Numbered from the stretch's first letter, positions 49,513-61,421 are shown. The stretch is DNA of 64,000 nucleotides from Limnothrix sp. BL-A-16 (GCA_041937175.2 CP166615.1:3232001-3296000); one strand, 5' to 3'. Numbers and translations are program-made. Notes: generated from the letters alone by a model not told the origin.

Positions 49513-50208
49513 ATGATTGCTGTAGACGTGAAACGATCTTTGTTTTCCACTGCTTCGGGTGCGGCCACCAAACCGACGGCGATCGAGCGCAAAATCAAGC
49601 GAGTTTGCCAAGATGTGCTGCGGATGGGAGCGCTGGTTGAGGATTCGTTTCGCCTCACTCAGCAAGCCCTGTTTGCCCGCGACCTATCCACGATCGAGCG
49701 GATTAATGCCCTCGAAGACCGCATCGATGCGTTCTATCGCCAAATTGAACTCGACTGCGTGGTCACCATGACCCTGAACGCTCCGGTGGCGGAAAATTGC
49801 CGCTGGCTGAGTGCCCTGATGCAGTTGGTGCGGGACTTGGAACGCATTGGCGATTATTCCCAGGATTTGGCGGACATTGCGGTGCGCCTGTTTCCCTATG
49901 GGCCCCATCCCCATTTGGAGGAGGTGGAAGCCATGGCTCGCCAAACCCTAACCATGTTGGGCATGAGTTTGGCGGCGTTGGTAGAACCAGATCCGGAGGC
50001 GGGGGCCCGGCTCCAGGCGGCGGACAATGTGGTGGATGAGGCTTACGATCGCCTCTATAGCCTGTTGGCCACGCAGCGGGATGTGCCGGGGCCGATCGAG
50101 CCGGTGTTGCTGATGGTGCTGACCATTCGCCACATTGAGCGCATGGCCGACCATGCCACCAACATCGCCCAACGGGCCTCCTATATCGTGACGGGTCACC
50201 GCCCCTAG
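49513..50208 (+). CDS. phoU: Phosphate signaling protein PhoU
   Basis: DLERIGD and ERMADHATNIA motifs. Confidence 0.93.
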   Translation: MIAVDVKRSLFSTASGAATKPTAIERKIKRVCQDVLRMGALVEDSFRLTQQALFARDLSTIERINALEDRIDAFYRQIELDCVVTMTLNAPVAENCRWLSALMQLVRDLERIGDYSQDLADIAVRLFPYGPHPHLEEVEAMARQTLTMLGMSLAALVEPDPEAGARLQAADNVVDEAYDRLYSLLATQRDVPGPIEPVLLMVLTIRHIERMADHATNIAQRASYIVTGHRP

Positions 50209-50307
50209 CCATCCCCTGAGAGGATGCCTGATCAGCCAGAATGTCCACTCCGTAAGCCCCAGCGATCAACGAAGACAAGGGGCTTCAGGCCCTTGCCCCC
50301 ACGACCC

Positions 50308-51228
50308 CTAAGCCCCAAACAGCCAAAGCCAAAGGGGCAAGGTGAAGGGCAAGGCCAGGGTTCCCAGGGCCACACTGGACACGGCCAAGTCCCGATCGAG
50401 GTCGTAGGCTTCGGCAATGACCAAACAGGCAAAGGCCGGGGGCATGGCCATCTGCAACACCAAAACCAAGAGGGTTGGCCCCTGCCATCCCCAACCCCGC
50501 AGGGCCAACCCCACCACCAGGGGCACGATCGCCATTTTGATCACCAACAGGGCGATCGCCGGGGCCGTGGCATTGCCCCAACGCAACTGACTGAGCCGCA
50601 TTCCAATCAACACCAAGGCCAGGGCCACCACAGTCCAAGCAATGGCCGTCAGTCCCCGATCGATCACCTGGGGCAGGGCGATCGATCGCGACCCCAAGCC
50701 CGCCAGGGCCCCCCAGACCGTCGGATTCACCAACCCCGCCCGCACCATGCCCCAACCGTCGCTGGATTGTCCCCCCAGCCGGGCCGCCAGGGCCGAACCC
50801 ACCCCATAGGCCCCCAGGGTTGTGCCCGCCACATCAAAAAACAGGGCCCAGGCAAATTGCCCACTCCCCACCAGGGCCAGGGCGATCGGGAAGCCCAAAT
50901 AGCCCGTGTTGCCAAACATGCTCCCCAGCCAAAAGCTGGCTCGCCGTTGGGGAGCGGTCACCCCTTGCCAGTGCAACCATCCCCAAGCCAGGCAACCGGC
51001 CAGGGCGATCGCCCCCCAAGCCACCAAGGGAGCCAGCCAGGCTTGACCGCTCAGATCCGTTTGGCGCAAAAAGGCCACGCAGCTCAGGGGCACCCCTACC
51101 CAAAACAGCCCTTGCCCGATCGCCCCGGACACCCGCGCCGGTAACCAGCGGCCCAACAGCACCCCCAAGCCCACCCCACCGGCCAAGGTGGCGTATAACT
51201 TCCCCAACACAACTGCATCCAACGCCAT
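50308..51228 (-). CDS. AEC (auxin efflux carrier) family transporter
   Basis: Multi-TM; GNTGYLGFP and AMPPA motifs. Confidence 0.85.
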   Translation of the reverse strand: MALDAVVLGKLYATLAGGVGLGVLLGRWLPARVSGAIGQGLFWVGVPLSCVAFLRQTDLSGQAWLAPLVAWGAIALAGCLAWGWLHWQGVTAPQRRASFWLGSMFGNTGYLGFPIALALVGSGQFAWALFFDVAGTTLGAYGVGSALAARLGGQSSDGWGMVRAGLVNPTVWGALAGLGSRSIALPQVIDRGLTAIAWTVVALALVLIGMRLSQLRWGNATAPAIALLVIKMAIVPLVVGLALRGWGWQGPTLLVLVLQMAMPPAFACLVIAEAYDLDRDLAVSSVALGTLALPFTLPLWLWLFGA

Positions 51229-51617
51229 TCCCTATCCCTGCCTTTGCCCAACAGTTCCCATTCAGCTCCAATCTCAGATCCAATCCCAGGTTCAATTCAG
51301 ATTTAGTTTCAGATCCAATGCAGATTCAATTCGATTGAGTTTCGAGCCAAGATTCCACAAAAACTCGCCCCCTTTCCATCAAACGCATCCCCACAGCCCC
51401 AAAACCGGCCGCAGTTTCCGCCAAAGACCTCAGTAATCCCGATTCGATCGGTCACATGCTCTCTTTCGCGAACCCCATGGCAAGCGCTACAGTGTCGAAA
51501 ACCAAATAAACCACGCCGGAATCCGGCAAGCCTCGCCCATTTCCCTTGGCTTGCTGATTCCACGATCGCACCGTTAAATAAAACGTGAAGCATTCCCGGG
51601 GAGAAGCCAGCTAAACC

Positions 51618-52778
51618 ATGAAAGCCATGATCCTTGCGGCAGGCAAAGGCACGCGTGTTCGGCCAATCACCTTCACCGTGCCCAAGCCGATGATCCCCAT
51701 CCTGCAAAAGCCAGTGATGGAATTCCTGATCGAGCTTTTGCGCCAACACGGCTTTGATCAAGTGGTGGTGAACGTCAGCCACCTGGCCAAGGAAATTGAA
51801 GACTATTTTCGTGACGGCCAACGGTTTGGGGTCGAAATTGCCTATTCCTTTGAAGGATTTGTCGAAGACGGCGAGCTGATTGGCAAAGCTCTCGGATCTG
51901 CGGGTGGCCTGCGCAAAATCCAAGACTTCTCCCCCTTCTTTGATGACACTTTTGTGGTGCTTTGCGGCGATGCGCTGATTGATTTGGACTTGACCGCCGC
52001 CGTCAAATTCCACAAGGCCAAAGGCTCCCTAGCCACGATCGTTATGAAATCCGTGCCCCGGGATGAGGTGTCTAGCTATGGGGTGGTGCTGACAGATCCG
52101 GACGGCCGGATCAAGGCATTCCAGGAAAAACCCGCCGTGGAAGAAGCCCTCAGCACCAGCATCAACACCGGGATTTATATCTTTGAGCCGGAAATTTTCA
52201 ACTACATTCCCCCGGGCTGTGAGTATGACATCGGGGGCGACCTGTTTCCCAAACTGGTGGAAATGGGTGCGCCGTTCTATGGCATCACCATGGATTTTCA
52301 GTGGGTTGATATTGGCAAAGTGCCGGACTACTGGCGGGCCATTCGCAGTGTGCTGTTAGGGGAAGTGCAAAACGTGGCCATTCCTGGACGACAGGTGCGC
52401 CCGGGGGTTTATACGGGGCTGAATGTGGCGGTCAACTGGGACAAGGTAGATATCCAAGGGCCGGTGTATATCGGGGGCATGAGCCGGATTGATGATGGGG
52501 CAAAGATTATTGGCCCCACGGCGATCGGGCAAAACTGCCACATTTGCAGCGGGGCCACGGTGGAAAACAGCGTGATTTTTGAATATTCCCGTTTGGGCCC
52601 GGGGGTGCGGCTGGTGGATAAGTTGGTGTTCGGTCGCTATTGTGTGGATAAGACGGGCGCGACGATCGATGTGCAGGCGGCGGCCCTCGATTGGCTGATT
52701 ACGGATGCCAGACAGGTGATGCCTGCTACACCCACGGAGGAAGGCCAGGCGATTGCGGAGTTGTTGCAGTTGGAGTGA
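51618..52778 (+). CDS. cugP: NDP-sugar pyrophosphorylase (cyanobacterial CugP-type UDP-glucose pyrophosphorylase)
   Basis: MKAMILAAGKGTRVRP, VVLCGDA, C-terminal beta-helix. Confidence 0.8.
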   Translation: MKAMILAAGKGTRVRPITFTVPKPMIPILQKPVMEFLIELLRQHGFDQVVVNVSHLAKEIEDYFRDGQRFGVEIAYSFEGFVEDGELIGKALGSAGGLRKIQDFSPFFDDTFVVLCGDALIDLDLTAAVKFHKAKGSLATIVMKSVPRDEVSSYGVVLTDPDGRIKAFQEKPAVEEALSTSINTGIYIFEPEIFNYIPPGCEYDIGGDLFPKLVEMGAPFYGITMDFQWVDIGKVPDYWRAIRSVLLGEVQNVAIPGRQVRPGVYTGLNVAVNWDKVDIQGPVYIGGMSRIDDGAKIIGPTAIGQNCHICSGATVENSVIFEYSRLGPGVRLVDKLVFGRYCVDKTGATIDVQAAALDWLITDARQVMPATPTEEGQAIAELLQLE

Positions 52779-52948
52779 GCCAGGCGATCGGGATCGAGGC
52801 CCGATCGAGCCAGCCCCCGAGGTCAACTTGGCTGCGGGAATTTCCCGATCGACAATCCAGGAAATTCCCATCAGGTCTGCAAAAGACCGTCTACCCTTTT
52901 GCAGGATTGTCAGTTAGCATTGGCGAGAAGTTTTAGACAGGCATCAGT

Positions 52949-53707
52949 ATGGCCGAGGGTCGAGTAGCGTTTTTAGCAGGCTGCGCCATTACGGGATCGC
53001 TGGCATTTGCGGTCGCGAAGGGATGGATTGCGGTGGGCGCGCCTCCGTCCTCGGTTCCCGGGCTGTCGGAAAATCCCAACGGGGTTCCCCTGCTCGAAGG
53101 GGGTGGCCAACTGCCCCCGGCCCCCACGGTGACCATGCTGCCCTCGCCGCCGCCCACTGCTGTGACCGCGCCCGCCGCCCGCCCCAGTGCCGCCGCGAAC
53201 GGTGCTGCTGATGCGGCGGCCACCCCTCCCACGGGCGACAGCACGATCGCCAAGTTGGAGGAACGGCTGCGGAAAAGCGAAGACCAACTGAAGGAAATTC
53301 AAGCGGACTTGCGAGAAGACCGCAAAGACCGGGAGCGCCTGACTGCGGCGGTGGATAAACTGAGCACCGCCGTACAGGGCCAGGAAAAGAACCTCACTTC
53401 CATGGCCTTGGATGACAAGTTGGCGCAAATTGCTGCTAACCGGGGCGAACAGCAGCCCCCGGGCCAATGGGGCAACGGCATCCTTTGGGCCCTGGGGGGC
53501 ATGGTGCTGACGGTTAGCAGCATTGTGATGGCGGGGGTGATTTCCACCATGGCCCGGCAAAACCGAGGGAGCTATGGCGCGCCGCCCCACAGCCCGCAAC
53601 CCTTCCACCCCATCCGAGTGGTTCCTACTTATTTACCTCGGGCCCGCCAGGATCAGGCGGTGCGCCGGGAACCGGGGACGGCGGACTTCGTGGAATACGA
53701 TTACTAG
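52949..53707 (+). CDS. Hypothetical membrane protein (TM, Pro-rich, coiled coil, TM)
   Basis: Architecture from translation. Confidence 0.7.
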   Translation: MAEGRVAFLAGCAITGSLAFAVAKGWIAVGAPPSSVPGLSENPNGVPLLEGGGQLPPAPTVTMLPSPPPTAVTAPAARPSAAANGAADAAATPPTGDSTIAKLEERLRKSEDQLKEIQADLREDRKDRERLTAAVDKLSTAVQGQEKNLTSMALDDKLAQIAANRGEQQPPGQWGNGILWALGGMVLTVSSIVMAGVISTMARQNRGSYGAPPHSPQPFHPIRVVPTYLPRARQDQAVRREPGTADFVEYDY

Positions 53708-53832
53708 GGCTTTTCAGGCTCGTACTAGGCTATTGCTGGGACTGGGTGGCGACCCAAAAAGGGCGATCGGGAAATGGCGGTGAGTGGCCTGTGGGTGGCC
53801 GGTGATGGCGATGCGTTCCTGATCATGGGGCG

Positions 53833-55308
53833 ATGATGCACGATCGGGCGTTGAGTTTGGCTCGCCAAGGGGATTGGCCGGGAGCGATCGCCCTATGGCA
53901 ACAAATGGCGGCAGCGGCCCCCCATGATGGGGCCATTTGGAAGAATTTAGGGATTGCCTATTATCGATCGGGGCATTGGCTCCAGTCGATCGACTGCTAT
54001 CAACGGGCGATCGCCCTGCGGCCGGAGGATCCGGGTTTGCGAGTCAATCTGGGAGCGGCCCTCAAACAGGCCCAACAGCTCCCGGCGGCCGTGGCGGAAT
54101 ATGAACGGGCGATCGCCCTGGATCCTGATCATTGGGATGCCCATCGCAATTTGGCCAATGCCCTGGAAAAGCTGGGCGACCTGATTCCCGCCGAAGTTCA
54201 TATCCGGCAGGTGGTGGCAGCACTGCCCCAATGCGCCAAAGCCCGCCACAGCTTGGGCAATATCCTTTGGGAACAGGGTCGCTATGAAGACGCGATCGCC
54301 CAATATAACCAGGCCTTGGCGATCGAGCCGGATTTCCATGAGGCGATCGCCAATCGGGGTATGGTGCAAATGACCCTCGGCCAATGGGAACAGGGCCTAG
54401 CGGACTATGAGCACCGTTGGTTTTGTGTGGAAACGGCGCGGGGGCTGCCGCCGGTTCCCTTTCCCCAACCGGTTTGGACGGGAGCGCAACCGCTGGCGGG
54501 CAAAACCATTCTGCTCTACTCAGATATGGGCTTTGGGGATGCGCTGAACTTTGTGCGCTATGCTCCCCTGTTGGCGGCCCGGGGAGCGCGGGTGCTGCTG
54601 GAATGTCCAAGGCCCCTGGCTCGGCTGTTTGGCACGGTGGCGGGCGTGGCGCAGGTGGTGATCCGAGGGGAAGCGCCACCGCCGTTTGATTATTGGTCGC
54701 CGTTGATGAGTTTGCCGGCCGCCTTGGGAACCACGCCAGCCACCATTCCAGCGAATATTCCCTATTTTCAGCCCCTTCAATCGCTGCCGTTGTTTCCAGG
54801 GTTTCCACCGTCAGCTCAGGGGGCGATCGAGCCGGAACCTTTACCAATCGCCTCGCCAGCGGGTCAACGGTGGGGATTTGTTTGGGCTTCGGGCAAAACA
54901 GGAGCCACCGCCCGCAAGCGATCGACCGCTTTGGCCCAATGGGCGGCCCTGCTGCGATCGCCGGGCTATCAGTTTTGGAGTTTACAAACGGAAACCAGCC
55001 CCGAGGAGCGGGCCTGGCTCGCCGATCGGGGCATTCCCGCCTTGGGCGATCGGCTCACGGATTTTGCGGACACGGCCCAAGCGATCGCCCAACTGGATGG
55101 GGTGATCACCGTAGACACCGCCACAGCCCACCTGGCCGGGGCGATCGGCAAACCGGTTTGGATTCTGTTGCCGGCCGTGCCCGACTGGCGCTGGCTGCTG
55201 AACACCGATCGCACCCCCTGGTATCCCACAGCCAGACTCTTTCGCCAACCGAAGATTGGCGATTGGGCGGCGGTTTTTGCCCAAGTACAAAGGGCGCTGG
55301 CCCCATGA
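53833..55308 (+). CDS. TPR-repeat protein with GT9-like glycosyltransferase domain
   Basis: TPRs; DMGFGD, TVDTATAHLAGA, DWRW, TPWYPT. Confidence 0.88.
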   Translation: MMHDRALSLARQGDWPGAIALWQQMAAAAPHDGAIWKNLGIAYYRSGHWLQSIDCYQRAIALRPEDPGLRVNLGAALKQAQQLPAAVAEYERAIALDPDHWDAHRNLANALEKLGDLIPAEVHIRQVVAALPQCAKARHSLGNILWEQGRYEDAIAQYNQALAIEPDFHEAIANRGMVQMTLGQWEQGLADYEHRWFCVETARGLPPVPFPQPVWTGAQPLAGKTILLYSDMGFGDALNFVRYAPLLAARGARVLLECPRPLARLFGTVAGVAQVVIRGEAPPPFDYWSPLMSLPAALGTTPATIPANIPYFQPLQSLPLFPGFPPSAQGAIEPEPLPIASPAGQRWGFVWASGKTGATARKRSTALAQWAALLRSPGYQFWSLQTETSPEERAWLADRGIPALGDRLTDFADTAQAIAQLDGVITVDTATAHLAGAIGKPVWILLPAVPDWRWLLNTDRTPWYPTARLFRQPKIGDWAAVFAQVQRALAP

Positions 55309-55414
55309 CCAACGCCCCAAAAATAGTCGATTCGCGAGATATGGCCCCCGGCCAATTCCCCCCGCCAGACTAACGACTGACGAAGGAATCAAGCCGGGCG
55401 ATCGACTTGCCCTA

Positions 55415-55567
55415 GTAGCGCGGCTACCTTAATTCGCTTGGTCAAATTACATGACTGTTACTGTCACCTAATCGTTAAGCAGCAAGGGGCTTAAGCCCCT
55501 TGTTACAACGACTGGGACATGGAGAATCAATCGTTTCCGCCTGATCCTAGGAAATGACGACAGGCCT
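55415..55567. mobile_element. Chimeric MITE-like element (type B left end, type A right end)
   Basis: Left half matches the reverse complement of 1790-1860; right half matches 45952-46016; palindrome 55483-55502; TA on both sides. Confidence 0.7.
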
Positions 55568-55596
55568 TAAGCCTGTCAAGCTACTAGAGACCCGTT

Positions 55597-56736
55597 CTAG
55601 AAACCCATCGCCTGGGCCACTGCCTCCAATTCCGGTTCAATCCCTTGGTGGTACTGATTTTGGGAGGTTTTCAGGGCCGTATCCGGATCCTTCAAACCAT
55701 TCCCCGTCAGCACACAAACCACCGTGGCCCCGGCGGGCACTTGGTCGCGCACCTTCAGCAGCCCCGCCACGGAAGCCGCGCTAGCCGGTTCACAGAACAC
55801 GCCTTCTTCACCCGCGAGCAGTTGGTAGGCCTCCAGAATTTCTTCATCGGTGACCGCCTCAAAGCCGCCTTGGCTGGCATCCCGCACCGCCAGAGCCTTA
55901 TCCCAACTGGCGGGCTTGCCGATGCGAATGGCCGTCGCGATCGTGTGTGGATCCAAAACCGGACGACCTACCACCAACGGCGCAGACCCGGCCGCTTGGA
56001 AGCCCATCATCCGGGGCAACCGCTGGCACCGTTGCTCCTGGTGATATTCACAGAAGCCCATCCAATAGGCGGTGATGTTCCCGGCATTCCCCACGGGCAC
56101 GCAGAGCCAGTCCGGCGCATCGCCCAGGGCATCCACCACCTCAAAGGCGGCGGTTTTTTGCCCCTGAAGTCGATAGGGGTTCACGGAGTTCACCAGGGTG
56201 ATCGGATAGTCGTTGGCCATTTGGCGCACCAACTCCAACGCCCGATCGAAGTTGCCCCGAATCGCCAGCACCTCAGCGCCGTAGAGCAGGGCTTGGGCAA
56301 GCTTGCCCAGGGCCACATAGCCATCGGGAATCAAGACAAAAGCCTTGAGGCCACCCCGGCGGGCATAGGCAGCAGCAGCGGCGGAGGTGTTGCCGGTGCT
56401 GGCGCAAATCACCGCCTTGGCTCCGGCTTCCTTGGCTTTGGTCACGGCCATGGTCATCCCCCGGTCTTTGAAGCTGCCGGTGGGATTCAAACCGTCATAT
56501 TTCACGTAAACTTTCACGCCGCGCCCAATCCGATCGGCCACGGACGGGACGGGAATTAACGGTGTATTACCCTCGTGTAGGGTGACAACGGGCGTGGAGT
56601 CGGTAACGGGAAGATAGCGGCGATAGGTTTCGATCAGGCCGCGCCAGCCTCCCGGGGGCGCTGGAACCTGTGCCGTACTGGCCGTGCGAGGATCAACAAT
56701 TGGGGCGGATTCGACGACGGGTAAACGAGCGGTCAC
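55597..56736 (-). CDS. thrC: Threonine synthase
   Basis: [34 protein letters not shown]. Confidence 0.96.
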   Translation of the reverse strand: MTARLPVVESAPIVDPRTASTAQVPAPPGGWRGLIETYRRYLPVTDSTPVVTLHEGNTPLIPVPSVADRIGRGVKVYVKYDGLNPTGSFKDRGMTMAVTKAKEAGAKAVICASTGNTSAAAAAYARRGGLKAFVLIPDGYVALGKLAQALLYGAEVLAIRGNFDRALELVRQMANDYPITLVNSVNPYRLQGQKTAAFEVVDALGDAPDWLCVPVGNAGNITAYWMGFCEYHQEQRCQRLPRMMGFQAAGSAPLVVGRPVLDPHTIATAIRIGKPASWDKALAVRDASQGGFEAVTDEEILEAYQLLAGEEGVFCEPASAASVAGLLKVRDQVPAGATVVCVLTGNGLKDPDTALKTSQNQYHQGIEPELEAVAQAMGF

Positions 56737-56904
56737 AGAGCGTCTACAACTCCAACGTGCTTGCAGATTACCCAAACAGTTTAACCTGACAGGCCCGAAC
56801 GCGGCGACGACGAACCTATCAAAAGCTGGGTGCTGAAAATTGAATCACGGCCGTTGAAATGATGCAAATGCTGATCGAAAGGGTGAGCCAAAGGTGAACA
56901 GAAT

Positions 56905-57597
56905 ATGACCTTTCAACTGACACAGGTAGTGCCTTGGGGGCGATCGTTTGAGGACTATCGGCAAATGTTTTCCCTCACGGAGGAGGATTTGGAGCGATCG
57001 ATCCTCGACTGTGCCGGTGGGCCGGCCAGCTTTAACGCGACGATGCATCGGTTGGGAAAACGGGTAATTTCCTGCGACCCGATTTATCAGTTTTCAGCGG
57101 CGGAAATTGCCCAACGGATTGCGGAAACCTGTCCCAAAATCGTGGCGGGATTGCACGAAAACCACGATTGGTTTGTGTGGTCTGCGGAATTGCCCACGCC
57201 GGAAGCGTTGGCGGACTATCGGTTGCAAGCAATGGGGGAATTTTTGGCGGATTTTCCTGCCGGATTGCCAGAACAGCGCTACCAACCATGCTGTTTGCCG
57301 GAGTTGCCCTTTGGGGATGGGGAGTTTGAGTTGGCGCTCTGCTCCCATTTGCTCTTTACCTATTCCGCTCAATTTTCCCTGGAATTTCATCAGCAATCGA
57401 TCGGGGAATTAGCCCGGGTGGCGCAGGAAGTGCGGGTGTTTCCGCTGCTGGAAAATTATCAGGTGACCCGATCGCCCCATGTGCAACCGACGATCGATCA
57501 CTTGGTCGATCGGGGTTTGCGGGTGGAAGTTTTGCCCACCACCTACGAATTTCAGCGGGGTGGCAATGAACTGCTGCGCATTTGGCGCGCACCCTAG
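56905..57597 (+). CDS. SAM-dependent methyltransferase-like protein
   Basis: ILDCAGGPASF, LPFGDGEFELALCSH. Confidence 0.8.
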   Translation: MTFQLTQVVPWGRSFEDYRQMFSLTEEDLERSILDCAGGPASFNATMHRLGKRVISCDPIYQFSAAEIAQRIAETCPKIVAGLHENHDWFVWSAELPTPEALADYRLQAMGEFLADFPAGLPEQRYQPCCLPELPFGDGEFELALCSHLLFTYSAQFSLEFHQQSIGELARVAQEVRVFPLLENYQVTRSPHVQPTIDHLVDRGLRVEVLPTTYEFQRGGNELLRIWRAP

Positions 57598-57758
57598 CCA
57601 GAGCCAACTGGCAAAAAAACGCGCTTGATCGTCAGCGCCTGATCGCCAGTGCGATCGAGACTGGCGCGATCAAGGCCAGGGCCAGGAACCAAGCACCGGA
57701 CAAGTTCCCAAAAGCGTGCTATCGATCGGATGATGTGCCACTCCTTGCTTCGTTATCG

Positions 57759-58067
57759 ATGGTTACTGCTTTGGCGCTATTGATCCTGTTCTCGATCGCC
57801 CTGCTGCCACCGTTGCTGTCCCTGCGGGCCGTTCGCCGCTATGAAGCCCTGGTGCAAACCACGGTTGCCCGGGCCCGCCTGACGACCCGATCGCCCCGGT
57901 CGTCCTTCCCGGGGCCTCAGCCCCCGGAACTGACCCATATTCCAGGGGCGGGCTATGTCATCGGCAATCTGAGCTGTCGGTTCAATGCCCGATCGCCCCA
58001 GTTGCGCTGTGCCGTGAATCCCAGTGGCCCCTGTGCCGATTGCCATTGGTACGAAGCCACGCCTTAA
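57759..58067 (+). CDS. DUF6464-like small membrane protein
   Basis: IGNLSCRFNARSPQLRCAVNPSGPCADC Cys motif. Confidence 0.72.
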   Translation: MVTALALLILFSIALLPPLLSLRAVRRYEALVQTTVARARLTTRSPRSSFPGPQPPELTHIPGAGYVIGNLSCRFNARSPQLRCAVNPSGPCADCHWYEATP

Positions 58068-58125
58068 CAGGTGGTTAATCAGTTAATCAACTCATTAGTT
58101 AATTAGTAGACTGTTGATTAACCCA

Positions 58126-59355
58126 TCAATCAAGGGCCGTTGGCGATTTACCCACGATCGCCCCCAGCGTTGCCACCAAAATATCGGGCGTTTGGCCGCT
58201 GGTGGCAAAGATACTCGCCTCGCCCTGCAATCGATAGGCGGGGTTAGTGGCCAGAATGCCTCGCCCCCCTTGGGCCACGAGGGCGGCTTGGGTGGCTCGG
58301 CCCATGAGGGCGATCGCCTGGGCCCGCAGTTGCAGTTTTCGGGCATAGGGTTTGTCGATCGGGCGGCCGTAGACCTGTTGCCGCAATTGGTCAAACTCCC
58401 GGCGCAGGGTGTCGTGGGCAACGGCGATCGTCAGCAGGCGTTTTTCCTGGAACAGCACCGTTAGCCGATCGAGGGCCGCTTGGGTGCAACCGAGGGCGAA
58501 GTAGACCCCTTGCAGAGCGTTCCGGCGATCGAGTTGCTGAATCCAGTCGATCGGCTTGAGGCCAATCACGGCCGCTTCGGGAATTAGCCAGCGATCAAAT
58601 GTGACTGCCGCCGTTTGGGTGGCGTTCATGGCTCCCAACACCATGGGCGGCTCCGGCTGAATGTTGCGATCGCCCGATTGCACCGCCGTCAACGGCACAA
58701 TGCCAAACAGCACCCCGGCCGCCGTTGGCACAGCTAACACCGCTTCGGGAAAGTGCCCCACCCCAGTCACCCAAGGAGCCGTGCCCGTAACTTCCCAGCC
58801 ACCGGCCACGGCGCGCCCCTCGATCGGGGGATCATCCGCCCGCCGCAGATGGGAAAAGGCGATGCCCAATTGTCGATCGCCCCGCGCGATCACCGGTAAA
58901 TATTGGGTTTTGAGGTCGTCATTGTCCCCGGAGGCAATCAGCGCCGCTGCGGTTTGGTGCTGGGCTTGCAAAAAGGCCAAAGCACCGGAACAGCGAGCCA
59001 GTTGCTCCCGAAACCAACCATATTCCTCTTCGTTCAGGGCTTTGCCGCCCCACTCGACGGGCACTTTCAGGGCTAACCAACCCTGTTGCCCCAGCCATTG
59101 AAGGGCCGCAGTCAGGGCTTCCGGCTGGCGATCGAGTGAATCCGCCTGGGGCCCCAGGGTGGTCAGCAATTGGGCCGCCGCCTGCTCCAACCAAGGAGGC
59201 AAATTGGGCCCGTCCGTCGCGGCCAGCGTCGGGGTCATCGGGTTGGTCTCTGTGTGGTTGGTCTCCGTGTGGTTAGCCTCTGCATGGTTGATTACTTCGC
59301 CGCTGGTGTCGTTAGGGCCGGTGTTGTTGGGGCTGATGTCTTGAGATGGCTCCAC
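58126..59355 (-). CDS. Acyl-CoA dehydrogenase family protein
   Basis: LKVPVEWGG, IAFSHLRR, APWVTG motifs. Confidence 0.82.
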   Translation of the reverse strand: MEPSQDISPNNTGPNDTSGEVINHAEANHTETNHTETNPMTPTLAATDGPNLPPWLEQAAAQLLTTLGPQADSLDRQPEALTAALQWLGQQGWLALKVPVEWGGKALNEEEYGWFREQLARCSGALAFLQAQHQTAAALIASGDNDDLKTQYLPVIARGDRQLGIAFSHLRRADDPPIEGRAVAGGWEVTGTAPWVTGVGHFPEAVLAVPTAAGVLFGIVPLTAVQSGDRNIQPEPPMVLGAMNATQTAAVTFDRWLIPEAAVIGLKPIDWIQQLDRRNALQGVYFALGCTQAALDRLTVLFQEKRLLTIAVAHDTLRREFDQLRQQVYGRPIDKPYARKLQLRAQAIALMGRATQAALVAQGGRGILATNPAYRLQGEASIFATSGQTPDILVATLGAIVGKSPTALD

Positions 59356-59829
59356 CTTGGTCGATCGGGGATGAGTAGTGGTTTACGGCTATTGTGCTAC
59401 GGCCGGGAGTTTTCGCCCCCTGGCCAGCGGCGTTTGAGCAGCGTTGTCAACGAAATGTTAACTCTAAAGTTAAGGTTTCTTGCATGAACGAGGCCGCCCG
59501 AAACGCACCGTGATAACTTTCTTCTCGGTTAGCAAAGCGCCAACCGCCATCAATATCTCCCCACCCATTCGGAACCTTAATTTCGGTCAATTCGCTTGCT
59601 GAAATTAACTTCGGAAGATCAGTTCAAGATAATCGCAATTTAATCGCAGATTAATCATGAACGGTTCTCAAAACTGATGGGTAATGCCAGTTGATCGGTG
59701 AACTATTGATCGTAAATTAATGATCGAATTGGTTGACCGCATCAATTAGAAATTGGTGAGATTTTGAAGACAGTGGCTCCGCTTTCTAACCTGCTTGAAT
59801 CACGCCGTTTTACTTCTCTGGCAGTAGCG

Positions 59830-60021
59830 ATGTTGACCCACAAAAGCGATGCACCGGTTCGTGAAAGCTTCAGCGATTATGTAGCCGAATTGCAATTGCA
59901 CATGAGTTTGCAAGCGCGAAACCTGGTTCCTTCATCGGGCCAAGCGGAAGAAAACCGTGATCGCTTGCTGCGAGAAACCCAAGAAACCGTCGAGAAAATG
60001 CTATCGCGGCAATTGGGCTAA
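59830..60021 (+). CDS. Small conserved cyanobacterial protein
   Basis: DYVAELQLHMSLQARNLVP; 63 aa. Confidence 0.65.
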   Translation: MLTHKSDAPVRESFSDYVAELQLHMSLQARNLVPSSGQAEENRDRLLRETQETVEKMLSRQLG

Positions 60022-60335
60022 GATGCTTTGGTCAAGACATCTTGATCAAGGGGCTTGGTGATTCGTCACCGACAAACCATAACAATCTGAATAAAAACGC
60101 TCTTCGGAGTGGTTTTTAAAGCGCAATCAAAACTCAGTTGTTTGTTTTTTCTTTCCTTTTAATTGCTTTTTCAATTCCTTTCTTGAATGCCCGATCGCGC
60201 CTTTTTTAGCGATCACCCTTTTAATTCCACAAACTACTGTATAACCAAAAGCACGCTCCGATTCTGGGGCGTGCTTTTGGTTTCTGGCCCCAGTGAACTT
60301 GGGGGTCAATTTTCCCGCCTGCCCGTTTTTGCATC

Positions 60336-61421
60336 ATGACCCTTGCGATTAATTTGAGTTTTACGATTCCCGAACCAACGGGCTTGGCAACTTACGCGAT
60401 CGAACTGTTGCCCTACTTGCGATCGCGCGATCCTTTGCTATTTAGCCCCTGGGAAATGGCGGGGTTTCGTAACCAGCGCGTGCCCGCCAACATGACTTCA
60501 GATTTAGGCGCAAAGGGTCATCTACGGCGACTGTTTTGGACGCAATTTCGCTTGCCGCAACTGTGCCGTCGATCGGGTGTTGAGCTGCTGTTTTGTCCGG
60601 TTCCCGAGGCTCCAATTCAGTTTGGCACTCGGGCCCTGCGCACCCTGGTGATGGTACATGATTTGATTCCGCTGCGGTTTTTTCCGCCCCGATCGCGCCT
60701 ACATCTTTACAGCAAATATTACGTGCGCCGAGTGGCCGAACAGGCCACCCATTTGCTCTGTAATTCCCAGGCCACGGCCGATGATTTAGTCCATTTTTTC
60801 CAAATTCCTGCCCAGAAAATTACCGTCACTCCGTTAGCGCACAATGCCGATCGCTACCGATTTTTGAACCTGCCGCGCCGCCCTTATTTCTTCTATGTGG
60901 GACGCAACGATCCTTACAAAAATTTACCGGGGGCGATCGCGGCCTTTGCCCAATTTTTGCGGATGGCTCCGGCCAATGATTGGCAATTTTGGATTGCTGG
61001 GCCCATGAACCCGCGCTATCAACCGGCCCTGGCGGCCCAAATTGCGGAATTGGGTTTGGCCGATCGGGTGCGCTTTTTAGGATATGTGCCGATCGAGCAA
61101 TTACCGGTATTGCTGAACCAGGCGATCGCGTTGGTTTTTCCCACTCGTTGGGAAGGCTTTGGGATTCCGGCCCTGGAAGCGATGGCCTGCGGTACACCCG
61201 TGATCACCTCCAATCTGGCTTCGTTGCCGGAGGTAACGGGCGATGCAGCGTTGTTGATTGACCCAGAACAACCCCGAGCCATTGCTGATGCCATGGTGCA
61301 GGTGGCCACCGATGACCGACTTTGGCAGGAGTTACACCAACGCAGCCTCGATCGCGCCAGTCAGTTCAGTTGGGCCAAAACCGCAGCCCAAACGCAAGCC
61401 GTTTTGAGGCAATTGTTTTAA
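60336..61421 (+). CDS. Glycosyltransferase family 4
   Basis: HDLIP and [14 protein letters not shown] (EX7E). Confidence 0.92.
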   Translation: MTLAINLSFTIPEPTGLATYAIELLPYLRSRDPLLFSPWEMAGFRNQRVPANMTSDLGAKGHLRRLFWTQFRLPQLCRRSGVELLFCPVPEAPIQFGTRALRTLVMVHDLIPLRFFPPRSRLHLYSKYYVRRVAEQATHLLCNSQATADDLVHFFQIPAQKITVTPLAHNADRYRFLNLPRRPYFFYVGRNDPYKNLPGAIAAFAQFLRMAPANDWQFWIAGPMNPRYQPALAAQIAELGLADRVRFLGYVPIEQLPVLLNQAIALVFPTRWEGFGIPALEAMACGTPVITSNLASLPEVTGDAALLIDPEQPRAIADAMVQVATDDRLWQELHQRSLDRASQFSWAKTAAQTQAVLRQLF

